Source of the DNA: Octopus vulgaris
Taxonomy: Eukaryota
Length of the DNA stretch: 64,000 nucleotides
Reading direction: 5' to 3'
Assembly: GCA_951406725.2 (NCBI GenBank)
Contig: OX597823.1
Location: forward strand, 57,040,001-57,104,000
The position numbers were made by a program, and so were the translations under genes. Within the stretch, counting starts at the first letter, position 1. Every line of letters begins with the position of its first letter. Below the pieces are notes generated by a model. That model did no database searches and was not told the DNA's origin. It worked only from the letters and a program-made list of their open reading frames with translations. Below, piece by piece: positions 1 through 14,208 of the stretch.

Positions 1-223
1 CGAGTGGGTATTAACAGATTACATCGCTCACTATTTTTCACTGGCACTTTAAAATATTGACACCAAAAGGCATAAAAAGCAAAAAATCGACCTCGGTGGA
101 ATTTGAATTCAGATCGTAAAGAATCGATAGCTTCAACCAAATTTTCCAGCTTGCAGCTTTCTTATGGTTTCAATATTTTATCAAAAAGCTAGCGATTTTG
201 AGTGGCAGATCTCAATCAATATT

Positions 224-772
224 CTTTTCTACTCTAGGCACAAGACCCGAAATTTTGGGGGAAGGGGGGGGCCCAGTCGATTAGATCAATCCCAGTCCGC
301 AACTGGTGCTTAATTTATTGACCCCGAAAGGATGAAGGGCAAAGTCGACCTCGGTGGAATTTGAACTCAGAACGAAGCCGCAGACGAAATACCTATTTCT
401 TTATTACCCACAAGGGGCTAAACACAGAGAGGACAAACAAGGACAGACAAACGGATTAAGTCGATTACATCGACCCCAGGGCGTAACTGGTACTTATTTA
501 ATCGGCCCCGAAAGGATGAAAGGCAAAGTCGACGTTGGCGGAATTTGAACTCAGAACGTAGCAGCAGACCGGTAAGTATTTCGTTCGGCGTGCTAAATAC
601 TTAGCGGTATGTCGTCTACCGCTACGTTCTGACTTCAAATTCCGCCGGCAGATGAAATACCTATTTCTTTATTACCCACAGACGGCGGAATTTGAACTCA
701 GTTCGGAACGGCAGACGAAATACGGCTACGCATTTCGCCCGGCGTGCTAACGATTCTGCCAGCTCGCCGTCT
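224..772 (-). mobile_element. SINE family A (tRNA-like head, GCCTTTCATCCTTTCGGGGTCGATAAATTAAGTACC core), dimeric/rearranged copy
   Basis: Reverse complement matches the + copies at 3866, 7394, 22822 and 56095. Flanked by an imperfect direct repeat agat(c/g)tca(a/g)tcaatatt (207-223 / 774-790), a likely TSD. Confidence 0.85.
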
Positions 773-959
773 TAGATGTCAGTCAATATTAAATGATTGT
801 TCATTTTGAACTCTGAAATAAGGCGACGCTGCAGCATCCAGGTAATTCATTCGCGAGGCGGTCAACCCTGTCCCCTTTTCAGACTGATGCAAACGAGCTG
901 GAGAACAACAAAAGATGTGTTATTATATATAGTGGAAGTTGTTTTCAGTAAATTTGTTG

Positions 960-1800
960 ACTATTACCGATTTAGTTTCGGACTCAGAAATCTGAAATTT
1001 TCTTCTTGTGCCTTCCAGAGAAGATTGTTCTCTTCATTTATTTTATGAATAGGGAAAATTGTAAATTTTCCTTCTGCACAGGTGTCCAAATGATCGCTGC
1101 ATGGTATGCGTCTATGAGCAGAATGTTTTATTTGATGTCTGTGCACATTTACACTGTTGGTTCATTTCGTTTTTGTCTCCCCAATATAATATTCGTTGCA
1201 TCGTGGGCATGTGATACAATATATCAGGTTTTTGCTTTTACAGCTCATATTTGCATTCACCTTTAATTCTCTTCCATTCTTGAAGTTTTTGACTGGTCCC
1301 TGTTCTATTAAATCACGTGTTTTATTAAATCTATCAAATCACGTTCTATTAAATCATCGGGGTCTCCACTGTTGGTAACTTGCATCATTTCTTCGTATGA
1401 TGCAAATCTTGCTTTGGTTAGAAGTTTCTTAATATTTGGTGGTTACCTTCGGCAGTTGATTATTTGTTGTTCCTTAATTATTTGTCGGAGACATGGGGAC
1501 TGGTTTAGAATTGGAGGAAGGCCTTTGACTATCTGTAGAATATTGTAGTTCTTGGGATTGTGAGTGATAACAAATGGGATATTTTTATGTTCATTTTTCC
1601 GTTTATCCTCAGTGTGAGTGTTTTTTCTTCCTAGTGTAGAGATTGGGATATTTTTGGCTCCATTTATCACTTGGTCAATTAGTTTGGTGGGGTATTTTTG
1701 TTTTTCAAGGAACAAAGTAAGTTCTGCAAGTCGTCTTTCTCTTCTATTTGTCTCCGAAACTAATGTACATATTCGTCTTGTCATATTAAAGCGTATCTTC
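960..1800 (-). mobile_element. Penelope-like retroelement 3' coding remnant (RT thumb/linker + GIY-YIG endonuclease), frameshifted
   Basis: Minus-strand peptides RRICTLVSE..LEKQKYP..IPFVITHNP (ORF 1443-1784), NMSCKSKNLIYCITCPRCNEYYIGET (~1165-1250, GIY-YIG motif) and HRHQI..DHL..PKLN* (964-1146). Confidence 0.85.
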
Positions 1801-1820
1801 CTTTTTTATGGGAAGGATGG

Positions 1821-1878
<58 letters not shown>

Positions 1879-1894
1879 CCATCCTTCCCAATAT

Positions 1895-2030
1895 ATATAT
1901 TGGACGCTCAGGAAAGGAAAGAAAGAAGGATTTAACATTTCAAGCAGAGCTCTTCCCCAGAAACATAGAAAAAGGAAAGATCCAAGGAAGGGAAGACGGA
2001 GGGAAAAAATTATAACGCGATACACACGCG
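1895..2030 (-). mobile_element. Short PLE pseudo-LTR-like element family F1 with degenerate hammerhead
   Basis: Homologous to 27830-28006 and 43180-43399. Hammerhead position reads gttt-CTGGGGA-agagc tct gctt-GAAA-tgtt-aaat (core mutated). Confidence 0.65.
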
Positions 2031-2231
2031 TTCTTTTAGTTTTTGTCAAACGAATCTACTCACAATGTTTTGGTCGGCCTGAAGACACTTGCCCAAGGTG
2101 CCACGCAGTCGGACTGAAACCAAAATCACGTGCTTCAGAAGCAAAACACCTTACAACACAGCCACGCGCGTACATACAAGCACTATATAAATTATATTCT
2201 TTTATGCGTTACAGTCATTTAACTGAGAGGA

Positions 2232-2589
2232 GGCGCAATGGCCGAGTGGTTAGGGCAGCGGACTCGCGGTCATAGGATCGCGGTTTCGATTCCCAGACCG
2301 GGCGTTGTGAGTGTTTATTGAGCGAAAACGCCTAAAGGCTCCACGAGGCTCCGGCAGGGGATGGTGGTGATCCCTGCTGTACTATTTCACCACAACTTTC
2401 TCTCACTCTTACTTCCTGTTTCTACTGTACCTTTATTTCAAAGGGCCGGCCTTGTCACTCTCTGTGTTACGCTGAATATCCTCGAGAACTACGTTAAGGG
2501 TACACGTGTCTGTGGAGTGCTCAGCCACTTACACGTTAATTTCACGAGCAGGCTGTTCCGTTGATTCGGATCAACCGGAACCCTCGTCA
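2232..2589 (+). mobile_element. SINE family B (tRNA-derived), full length
   Basis: A box TGGCCGAGTGG and B box GGTTTCGATTCC. Homologous to 47276-47651 and to the head of 18552-18808. Direct repeat gtcatttaact at both ends (TSD). Inserted into the tail of a family D SINE. Confidence 0.85.
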
Positions 2590-2800
2590 TTTAACTACAG
2601 TCATTCTGGAGCACCACCTTAAAGGGTTTTAGTTGAAAAAAATCGATTCCAGGACATTTTAATTTGTAAGCCTATAACTTATTCTATTGGTCACCTTTGC
2701 CGAATCGATAACTTACGGGGACTTAAAGAAACCAACGTCGGTTGTCAAGCGATGGTTGGGGGACAGAAACAGACACAAAGACACACGCACATAAATGCAT

Positions 2801-2845
<45 letters not shown>

Positions 2846-3003
2846 CTACGGGCTTCTTTTAGTTTCCGTCTACCAAATCCACTCACAAAGCTTTGGTCGG
2901 CCCGAGGCTATAGTAGAAGATACTTGCCCTAGGTGCTACGCAGTGGGGCTGAACCTGGAACCCTGTGGTTTGGAAGTAAGCGTCTTACCACACAGCCACG
3001 CCT
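2590..3003 (-). mobile_element. SINE family D (tRNA head, CORE-like ACCTTGGGCAAGTGTCTT, internal microsatellite, long tail)
   Basis: Matches 17058-17501, 6965-7272, 12955-13320 and 32092-32680. Carries an internal (CA)n(TA)n at a fixed position. Confidence 0.85.
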
Positions 3004-3263
3004 ATTTTGGTATTTTGAGTCAGGCAGTAAAGATTAATAAATGAAAATAATAGTATTTAGAGGGACCGAAATTCCATGGTGTTACTCAATATATTTGAAA
3101 ATATTATGTTAATATATAGGTAGAGAATTTTTAAAAAAACTCTTGAAATCCTGCCATTTAATCAAACTGCATTTTTATATATCGCATTTCATTTCAGTTC
3201 AGCTGTCTATATATTAGTATATCAATTAATATATTTCTCTGCCTACATATTTGTTGATATATC

Positions 3264-3390
3264 TGTCGTTCGTTCGTTCGTTCGTTCGTTCGTTCCTTCC
3301 TTCGTTCGTTCCTTCCTTCCTTCCTTCCTTCCATCCATCCATCCAACCAACCAACCAACCAACCAACCAACCAACCAACCAACCAACCAA
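3264..3390. repeat. Compound tetranucleotide microsatellite (TCGT)n(TTCC)n(ATCC)n(AACC)n
   Basis: Direct reading; the unit changes stepwise along the array. Confidence 0.95.
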
Positions 3391-3595
3391 TATCTACTTT
3401 CCTTTCACACTATCGATTTAAGGTTTTTCTTCGAATTTCTTATGAATTTATATTGAATTCATTTGTTTTGTTTATTTTGTTCATTGCATGCTTAAGACCG
3501 TTAACTGAAAGGACCAATGAAGCAAATCCACTTTTAAAGGTGTATCCTGTAACTACTTTTGATCATATCGTTATTTCTGTTCTATTTTAACAAAA

Positions 3596-3633
3596 CTGTC
3601 CGACGAATAGGAACGTGAAACTCTGAGTAACAG
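3596..3633 (+). ncRNA. Degenerate type I hammerhead ribozyme motif in a pLTR-like segment (~3400-3745)
   Basis: ctgt-CCGACGA-ataggaacgt-GAAA-ctc t gag-TA-acag. Stem I ctgt/acag, stem III actc/gagt, GUA triplet; U4C change and weak stem II. Confidence 0.55.
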
Positions 3634-3746
3634 CTTTTGTTATATTTTGCTATATACTTTTAAAGTATATTTTTCTACCTCTAGTATTTGAGTAGTCTTT
3701 TTTTCCACCTTGTTTCACATTTATGTGCTTACTCCGGTATATGTAA

Positions 3747-3817
<71 letters not shown>

Positions 3818-3865
3818 TGTGCGCGCGCGTGTGTGTGTATAATATATATAGATATATGTGAGTGT

Positions 3866-4098
3866 AAGGCGGCGAGCTGGCAGAAACGTTAGCACGCCGG
3901 GCGAAATGCGTAGCTGTATTTCGTCTGCCGTTATGTTGTGAGTTCAAATTCCGCCGAGGTCGACTTTGCCTTTCATCCTTTCGGGGTCGATAAATTAAGT
4001 ACCATTTACACACTGGGGTCGATGTAATCGACTTAATCCGTTTGTCTGTCCTTGTTTATCCCCTCTATGTTTAGCCCCTTGTGGGCAATAAATAAATA
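3866..4098 (+). mobile_element. SINE family A monomer
   Basis: AAGGCGGCGAGCTGGCAGAAACGTTAGC head, B-box-like GAGTTCAAATTCC and the conserved core. Confidence 0.9.
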
Positions 4099-4099
4099 T

Positions 4100-5182
<1,083 letters not shown>

Positions 5183-6019
5183 TATGCATACCGATTAATT
5201 GCATAATTCACTTAATTGTATTTCGTTTACTAAACGCTACCGTTTAGCACGAAATCTATATAAAATTGACCACTTAATTTCCTATCTGAGTTAAGGCAAT
5301 TTCTCTTCATCGTATATTTTTTTTTTCTTTTGCCGATTTCGAGCAAAAACAAAAAAAGAAACAAAAACCACCAGCAAAAACAACAAAAAAAACGTGCGAA
5401 ATGTAGCATAAAATTGAACGTTTATTTGATTTGATCTAAATAAGGTGATTTTAGAAGCTTCAGGTTTCATGATGAGTTAAAAGAACAGTAGTCACAATTT
5501 TGTGTTAATAAACAAATGATGTCAAAAGTCAAACGTATTTAAAGTTATTTTTGCTATTTCAATGAATTAGAGGGTACCAAAGATCAGATTATGGTGTATT
5601 TATATCTTTCAGTTAATTGTATAATAAAATTCCTGAATACATATATCGTCATTGTAGATAAAACTTGTAAAAAGATAGTTTTCACTCAACCGGTGAATGG
5701 GCGCCGTGTTGTTGTTTGTACTATCGATTAAATTAGCCGATGTTTGACCCAATTAAATCTTTCTGAACCCACAATGACCCTGAGTTGTTAACAATGAATA
5801 ATTTGAACGATGTGATGTCATTGTTGTGACGTGTGAATCTATCTAGCTAATGCTGGGCAATAGAAGACCAACAAAGTGTTTATGGCCACATTCTCTTAAA
5901 AGCACCCGTTGGTCCACGTTCGAGGACCAAAAGCTAAACAACGTGGAGCCTAATTAGTATTTATATGGGTGACCGCTTAGGGAAGCCTAGGTGTTGTAAG
6001 TATCTCATTTATCACAGGC

Positions 6020-6200
6020 ACAGACGTGGCTTTGTTCTTAAGAAGCTTGCTTCCCAAACATTCGGCCTTCGGTTCGACCTCACTGTACCTTGAGAAATGT
6101 CTTCCATAATAGATCAGGGTCGACCAAAACCTTGAGTGGATACATACATTCATACATACATACATACATACATACATACATACATACATACATACATACA

Positions 6201-6231
<31 letters not shown>

Positions 6232-6310
6232 GTACATGTCTCTGTTCATCTTTGTTCACCACCAACACTGTAATATGGCGGTTCGGCAAAAAAAATCCCG
6301 TTAACATTTA
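6020..6310 (+). mobile_element. SINE family D, decayed, internal (TACA)n
   Basis: gacgtggc..aagaagcttgcttcccaa head; ggttcggcaaaa tail piece. Confidence 0.7.
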
Positions 6311-6739
6311 GGTGTGATTTTGCCTGTTCAGTCGTATATACCACCTTACTCATTTGGATCTAAGGTGGAATTTGTTTTCCTATACGCGAGGAAACGAAGA
6401 GTAAACAATGTACATGATCGTGCCTTCAGGCTTGCTAAATTAAAAATTGCTTAGTATAAGTGAAAGAAGCAGCGCGGATGAAATTAAAGATGTGTTTACT
6501 TTTACTAGTGCTCGCGTAGTAGAAAAGCAGCAGGTATTTAATTTAGGGTTTTGTCTCGCAAGAAAAAAAAAAATTCTCTTTATAGACGTCGAGTGTAAAA
6601 GCGAATTGAGCTGAGTTCCCTAGTAATATTAAAGGAGTAGCAGACATGATGTTTCGCTTGGTTTCAGCTCCTCAGTGCTTTGATTATTTGTAGCGAAAAC
6701 CACAAAAACGAAACATTATATTTGAATATATGACAAAAA

Positions 6740-6950
6740 AAGTGTATTTCCACACATGGAAAAATATAGGAAAATTTATTGTGGAAAATGCACCCAAATT
6801 TGAAAAACCTTTAATTGTTTTTAAATAAATTTATTTACATATATACCAAACTAGTTTCAGCAATATTTTTTTTGATTATCAATGGTAAATTTTTTTAATT
6901 ATGAATTAGAAAAACATGTTTAAAAGTTTCAATATTTAAAAGTTTCAATA
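6740..6950 (-). mobile_element. PLE pseudo-LTR family F3 copy with decayed hammerhead (6844-6887)
   Basis: Homologous to 8165-8484 and 11160-11500. Minus strand reads tacca-TTGATAA-tcaa..ttgct-GAAA-ctag-TT-tggta. Confidence 0.7.
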
Positions 6951-6964
6951 AAATCATATATTTA

Positions 6965-7272
6965 ATCTTTTACTTGTATCAGTCATTAAACTGTGGCCAT
7001 GCTAGGACACCGTTAAGTTACGTGGTCATAAACAAACCAAAACTGGTTTTCAAAGATACTCACGCACGCACGCACACATAAACTCACGTAAACACACACA
7101 GACACGCACACATACAACGATCTTCTTTCAGTCTCTGTCTACCACATTCACTCACAAGGTCTTAGTCGACCCGAGTTTATATTAGAAGACACTAGTCCAA
7201 CGTGCCACGAAGTAGGACTGAAAACAGAACTATGTGGTTCGAAAGCAAACTTCTTACCACTCTGCCACGCCT
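6965..7272 (-). mobile_element. SINE family D
   Basis: Homology to other family D copies; internal (CA)-rich tract. Confidence 0.8.
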
Positions 7273-7393
7273 TAAACTTTGTTCTCTTTGAGGAGCTCAG
7301 TACCAAGTGATCCACGGCTAGTGCTTAGGGATGTCTGCCTTTACACATCCTATATTGAACAGAGATTTTCAATGCAATATATTAGATTTGTGA

Positions 7394-7790
7394 AAGCAGC
7401 GAGCTGGCAGAAACGTTAGCACGCCGGGCGAAATGCTTAGCGGTATTTCGTCTGCGTTACTTTGTGAGTTCAAATTCCGCCGAGGTCGACTTTGCCTTTC
7501 ATCCTTTCGGGGTCGATAAATTAAGTACCAGTTACGCACTGGGGTCAATGTAATCGACTTAATACGTATGTCTGTCCTTGTTTGTCCCCTCTGTGTTTAG
7601 CCCCTTGTGGGTAGTAAAGAAATAGGTATTTCGTCTGTCTTTACGTTCTGAGTTCAAATTCCGCCGAGGTCGACTAAGTCTTTCATCTTTTCGGGGTCGA
7701 TACATAAAGTACCAGTTGCATACTGGGGTCGATTTAATCGACTGGCTCCCTCCTCCAAAATTTCGGGGCTTGTGCTTGGAGTAGAAAAAA
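7394..7790 (+). mobile_element. SINE family A dimer
   Basis: Head + body, then a second body re-entering at GGTATTTCGTCTG. Ends in an alternative tail; atattagat on both flanks. Confidence 0.9.
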
Positions 7791-8123
7791 TATATTAGAT
7801 AATGTAAGATTCTATAGTATCCGTTTTAAATGATTTCTCGATAATATTATCTCTGTCACATTCATGCACCTGTCATTCGCTTTGTCATCTTCTCATTTGA
7901 CCTCTCACTCTCTCTCTTTCCCTCACTCATTCTTTATACTTTTTGCTTGTCGGAAAGAGGGAGTCTGTCTCCCTTGTCAGTCGTTAGAAAAGTACTCTCA
8001 CGTGGCTAAGAGTTGATTTGACTTTTATTTCTAGCAGTGCTGGTGCTTCCTAGCATCCTCTGTCACTTTAGTGACGACTGTAATCCTTTCCTGTCGGTTC
8101 TAAATTACGAATACACAACTTAG

Positions 8124-8164
<41 letters not shown>

Positions 8165-8169
<5 letters not shown>

Positions 8170-8484
8170 GAAGAAGCGGTATATTTCCACGCAGGAAAAA
8201 TATAGCAGAATTTGTCTTTGAAAATGCATTTGAATTTGAAAAAACTTGTAATAGTTTTTTTTAATAAATTTATTTACATACATACCAAACTAGTTTTGAA
8301 CCATTTTTTGTTTATCAATGTTATAAACGTATACAAAACAATGGGATTTTAACAATTTAAAATTGCAAAGTAGAAAACACATTTAAATGATTACATGTTC
8401 ACAAAATTCGATGATAGAGATAGATAATATCAAAAATAATCGGCGAAAAAGTTCGATCATACTGAGTTATAGAATACGTGTCCA
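8165..8484 (-). mobile_element. PLE pseudo-LTR family F3 copy
   Basis: End-to-end homology with 11160-11500 (same 5' start tgga(c/t)(a/g)cgtatt; peptides MHFQRQILLYFSCVEI vs MHFQKQTLLYFSFVEI). Abuts (TA)n. Confidence 0.8.
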
Positions 8485-8486
8485 TA

Positions 8487-8840
8487 TCTATTATATAAAA
8501 TCCGTTCTGTCTGTCTGTGTGTGTGTCTTCTAGGAGCTCGGGCGTCCTCCATCCGATAGCGCTCAAATTTGATATGTAGATATCGACGGTATGAGAGCTT
8601 GTTTAAGTCTTAAAAAATTACAAAAATCGATTCCATGTGAGAATGCGATCGATAAAATGAATAAAATCATTTTTCTTTGAATAGAAAAAAGTCTATCTTT
8701 ATTTCTTCTTTTGCTGGTGTCTCAAATTTAGGTTAAATCAATGTTTTCCAAAGGGGAGGCCTATGGGACGGTCGGACATGTTGTTTTGAGAAAATTTGGT
8801 TTAAATGTTTACACACAGACACAGACCCCCACCCACCCAA
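8487..8840 (+). mobile_element. Probable non-autonomous Helitron-type element, 5' part
   Basis: Begins A|TCTATTATATAAAA followed by a (CTGT)/(GT) tract, like the 5' end of the Helitron at 43400. No 3' hairpin/CTAG seen. Confidence 0.45.
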
Positions 8841-8844
8841 GTGT

Positions 8845-11160
8845 GTCAGAACAAGTTTAGCAAAAGTAGGAGCTACCCTCGTTCCCACCGTAGTGCCCGA
8901 TTTTTGCCTGTAGGTGTTCTCGTTGAAGCTGAAGAAGTTGTTCTGTTGGATTAATTTTATTTCTTCAATAATGAGTTGTTTTCCGAGTCGGTCAGGAATG
9001 TCATTTAGGGATTTTTTTCTAGCCAGAATTGTATGGTTTCTATTAAGTATTCGTGAAGAATCGAATTATTACGTTGAATGAAACCAGAAGGGCGTCCTTG
9101 CTGGTTTTGTTCGACGCTGGTTTAAAACGTCTAGATCATCCCATATAAAATTCGGTATATGTTGTAGGTTTTAGGAGGATATCCATAATGTTACTAAGTC
9201 TGTGTATCTCACACGTGTGACCGGCCACAATTGGTCTCGTTTTGAGATCTCTCGAATGTGGAATATTTACGACTAAAGAAGTTGATTTGTTACAGGCTTC
9301 GTTTATGGCTTCACATTTATGGATTTTGGGAAGTCCATAAAAGTTGCCGGTTTTGCAGTCAAATCTAGTTAAGTAATCTCTCTACCTTTCTGTTAAATCT
9401 TGTCTGAACTGATGAAAAAGGGTTGTAAATTTTGCTATTATCTTGGACTGACTGTAGTTGTTGAGTTTTTCGTAGTAGGTATTGTCTTGAATGAGGATTA
9501 GGGTAGTGTTTATGTATTTTTCTGAGCCCATTATTACTACAGCACCCACTTTATCGGCTTCTTTTATCATTAATGATTTCCCATTCTTCTCGAACTGTTT
9601 TTGTTTAAATTTTCGAGATGGGAATAAATTATAGGGATAATTGGATCCCAAATCACAGAATTTATCCAGATTTTGGTTTCTTCCTTTTGTCGGACAGTAG
9701 TTAGTTTTATTATGAAATATTGAGTGATCATTAGTTTCTTTATCAAATAGTTCATCGGTGACACGAAGTTTTCTACAGAATTCCTGGATATCATTTTGTA
9801 TCTCATTTAGGTACGATTTTTGAGGTGTTGTGGTGAACGTCAGGACTTTTGCGAGAATTTTGATTTATTAGTTTGAAAAGGTTTACGTGAGAGATTTATA
9901 ATCTTCAGGATCTCACTTCTGGTTGGTGCCATCAAGTGTGCCGGTTTTGGCCCAGTTTGCCTGAAAAATGCTTCCTTGATTTTTGGTGTATCAAATTAGA
10001 ACTATTGTTGATTGCCATTCCATTAAAACTTGATCTATTGTGGGTTTGGACGAGGTGGTCATTGTGGAAGGTAAGTCTCGAGCGAGAGGAGTTCCTATTT
10101 TTTCTTTAGTCCTGTTCGAAGTCTTCATTGCGTGGGATGTTCTCAAACGTGGGTAGTTCCTATTTCCCCTATTGTTCTGTCCGAAAAAGTCATTCACGAA
10201 GAAGTTACGTCTAGGACATGAAGCGTTCCTGGGGTTAGAGTGCTTTGTATATATTTGAGTGGGTCTGTTTTGTCTTGCGGTGAAGGGCGAATTGGAATTT
10301 CCTATTTTGTGTCTATGATGAATATTTGGTCGGTTATTCGATGGTGCTCTGGAGAGCGAATTGGTTATTCCTTGTTCTAGATGGGCATTCAGGTATTTTT
10401 GCGGTAGTGACTCTCCTCTAGTTGTGCGGGTTTCGTAATTTTAAATTTTTTCCAAGTAAGTGCTATCAGATTGGTATTCCTCCTCGAGTTTTACCTCATA
10501 GTGATTGAACTAATCGTTGCTTTTTCCCGTCTTCCTCGTTCTCACAATTCTGTCTCCAGAATAGGATGGTGTTGTCAGCTTTTTTCGCAATTCCAGCCTC
10601 TATCTCTTCATCAGTTGAGTTAATCTTTTCTTGGTGGGATTAAGCTCTGAGTTTCAGGAGTTCTATCTCCATTTTGAAGTTCTCCAGAACCATTTTTTCC
10701 TCATGTACTCTCTGTTTTACTGGTTCATCGGGGGTGGCTTTAATTTGCAGCTTTCTGGGGGGATAATATAGGAAATAGAGTTACTGGAGTTCTAGATCAT
10801 GTTCCAGAAAACGAATTTATGGCTTTTACAATTTTTGGCCCATGCTTAAAGTAGAAATTTCTTGATATCGGAAGGCTGTTGAGAGTTGAAGTTACTTTTT
10901 CCGTTTTAGGATTTGGGTTATTTACAGATTTATGTGTTAATGAGGTTTCAACAAATTTGCAGATTTTGTCGAGGGTTTCACGAATTTCTGTCTGTAGGGA
11001 TCTTTCTTTTCCGGGCGTATTTGTTTGCAGTCGCAAAGTTTTATCGAGTTCGTTAGGAGAGTGAGTTTTGAGTTGATAACTTGGAGTTCCCACAGGATTT
11101 TGTTGAGTGTCGTGTCATCCTGTTGCTGGTGTTTGGATGGGATTTTTGTCCCTTGCATGG
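8845..11160 (-). pseudogene. Penelope-like retroelement ORF (N-terminal region + RT up to motif B'), many stops/frameshifts
   Basis: Minus-strand PLE motifs IINLSRKP..LTFTTTP, LMIKEADKVGAVVIM..DNTYYEKL, GNFYGLPKIHK, KTRPIVAG and NNFFSFNENTYRQKSGTTVGTRVAPTFAKL. Confidence 0.9.
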
Positions 11161-11500
11161 TAAATATATGTGGAAAGAAATGGTGTATTTCCACGAAGGA
11201 AAAATATAGAAGAGTTTGTTTTTGAAAATGCACCTGAATTTGAAATTGTTTTTAAATAAATTTTTTTATATACATTCTAAATTAGTTTCAGCATTTTTTT
11301 GTTATTCAGTGGTATAAATGCATATAAATCAATGGGATTTTAACAATTCAAAATTGCGAAGTAGAAAACATGTTTACATGATTTAAATGGTCACAAAATT
11401 CAATGACATGTTTAGATAATATTAAAGATGATCGGCGAAGAATAAAAAACATTTTGATTACGGTAAGTCCGGTCATAATGAGTTATATAATACGCATCCA
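11160..11500 (-). mobile_element. PLE 5' pseudo-LTR (family F3) directly upstream of the ORF, decayed hammerhead at ~11273-11314
   Basis: tacca-CTGAATA-acaa..tgct-GAAA-ctaa. Third copy of the F3 repeat; bordered by (TA)n. Confidence 0.8.
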
Positions 11501-11510
11501 TATATATTAT

Positions 11511-11541
<31 letters not shown>

Positions 11542-11866
11542 AATACATACTTACACACACACATACACACACGCACACATATATATGTATATATATATAT
11601 ATATACATATACATATACATATATGTATATATATATATATACATCTATGCATGTATATAATATATGTATATGTATGCATGTATATAATATATGTGTGTGT
11701 ATGCATGTATATAATATATATATATATATATATATGTTTGTATGTATATAATATATATGTATGTATATAATATATATATATGTTTGTATGTATATAATAT
11801 ATATGTATATATATATATAATATATCTATATTATATATATATATATATATATACATACATATACAT

Positions 11867-11897
<31 letters not shown>

Positions 11898-11910
11898 CAT
11901 ACATATACAT

Positions 11911-11955
<45 letters not shown>

Positions 11956-11964
11956 CATATACAT

Positions 11965-12005
<41 letters not shown>

Positions 12006-12014
12006 CATATACAT

Positions 12015-12047
<33 letters not shown>

Positions 12048-12050
12048 CAG
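11500..12050. repeat. Compound microsatellite with higher-order unit (AT)n-ACATACATATACATACATACATGT x4
   Basis: The unit recurs at ~11851, 11895, 11950 and 12000. Confidence 0.85.
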
Positions 12051-12059
12051 AAAAAGAGA

Positions 12060-12910
12060 GTGAGAGAGTGCAATGGGCAAATTGACGCCGTTTTATATTT
12101 TAAAATTTCGTGAATGCGCATTATTTGTTTTTGATATTGTCGACTACACAGTATAGTGAGGTCAGTTGGTCACCGTCTGTGAGAAAAGCAGCACCCTGGC
12201 GCAATTCACTCTGTCAGAAATTTGGAAACGACATGCTGTACTGCTTGGCATTCGCGCCAGAAGCTCCAATACGAACATATACACATAGGAACATGTACTG
12301 AGAGTGATAAAAATCAAACATCTAGTCAATATCATGATGTTTGGAGTGATAACTAGTGATGGCCACGTTATGCCTCCGTTCATCTTCCCACACGGCCTCA
12401 GACTCAAAACGGAAGCCTACATCAAGTGGTAGTGCTACTCTGGATCAAGAGTGTGGCTGCTGGGAGATCCTGTGGCTAAGCAAGAGGACTCTACACCATG
12501 CCACAGAAACAGGGGAACCCAGTCATAGCTGTTAGACAATTTCTGAAACCACAACAACCCCAAACATCTCACCATCTAACTCATCAGGCCGCAACCCCTT
12601 GATTATTATGTGTGGGGCGCGGTTGAGCGAGAGACCAACAAAACTCCTTGTAAAACGAAATACGAACTGAAGATAAAGATTATGGCAGCAATTACCAACT
12701 TAAACAAGGAAACCGTCCAGAAGAGTTGCAGGAGATTCCGAAGTCATCTGGAGGCTGCGTTGAAGCCAATGGCGATTTTATTGAATAAATTTATTCTTTA
12801 ATATTTCAAGATAGTTTTATGTAATTTTGGTAAATATATGTTAAAATGAGATGTCAGTGTTATTTTCATTTTTACTAAATTTAGACAACAGCTTATTCAC
12901 TACACAGTGT
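12060..12910 (+). mobile_element. Decayed, internally deleted Tc1/mariner-superfamily transposon, maT (DD37D) type
   Basis: IMMFGVITSDGHVMPPFIFP; the EDSTPCH..RNPLDYYVWG spacing gives D-37-D after correcting one frameshift; C-terminus KSCRRFRSHLEA. Confidence 0.75.
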
Positions 12911-12918
12911 GTATGTGC

Positions 12919-13320
<402 letters not shown>

Positions 13321-14140
13321 GCTGGTACGGACATTGCATTTTGTTTTGCAACCATAATATTATGGTCGAAGAACGACGGTGTCTTTGCCACAAATTAATA
13401 TATGCGACCTAGTTACCAAAAATATGTTTAATATGTAAAATTGGTCTGTCCAATTATGTTACACTGCTAAACATAGTGGCTATTTAAGCAATGTATTCCT
13501 GAATAGTTAATGGGTTGGCTCTGGGATACTGAAGAAGGAGTAATAATTCCTGAAATATGCATCTACACCCATTACGAATTTTTTTCTAACTTCGACTGTA
13601 TTGTTTACATAGACGTATTCGTCTACGTAACGTCGTAACTTTCAGTGCTGGCTCTAAATCCTATGGAAAATCAATAGAGATACAGTCAGATCTGTGTGTA
13701 TGTATGAGCATGTGTGTGTGTGTGTATATGTGTGTATGTGTGTGTATGGATGTGTGTGTGTATATATTATCATTACTAATCATAAATTATACCCACTATA
13801 TATTAGATATTAACAAATAAGTTGTTTGTTTATTTGGCTTAATGAAAGTGGACGCCTGTAAAGAATTAATTTTATCACCATTTGATGTTAAATAATTACA
13901 GACAAACACTATGGCCCTAATTAAAATTTCTACTTGCTTTGGGAGAAACCATATTGCTTTTCTTTCCTTTCATTCTGACCTCCTCAGGTCATGTGTTTTC
14001 GACCGTGCTATACTACGACGACTTGCTTTCATTGTCTCATATATGTGTTGTCAGGCTACAAATTCGCACGCACACACACCCACTATTACTCCCTTTCTTT
14101 TTCTCTCTGACGCACACTAACTAATATACACACACACACG

Positions 14141-14208
<68 letters not shown>

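Noticed and set aside
2232-2310. tRNA genes at SINE heads (also 18730-18808, 47575-47651, 60198-60270)
   Set aside because: A/B boxes are present but there is no convincing acceptor stem. They continue into SINE bodies and some have TSDs.
8845-11160. Naiad-type PLE with N-terminal GIY-YIG or selenocysteine recoding
   Set aside because: No GIY-YIG motif is visible in the N-terminal region, and stops are of mixed types with frameshifts, consistent with ordinary decay.
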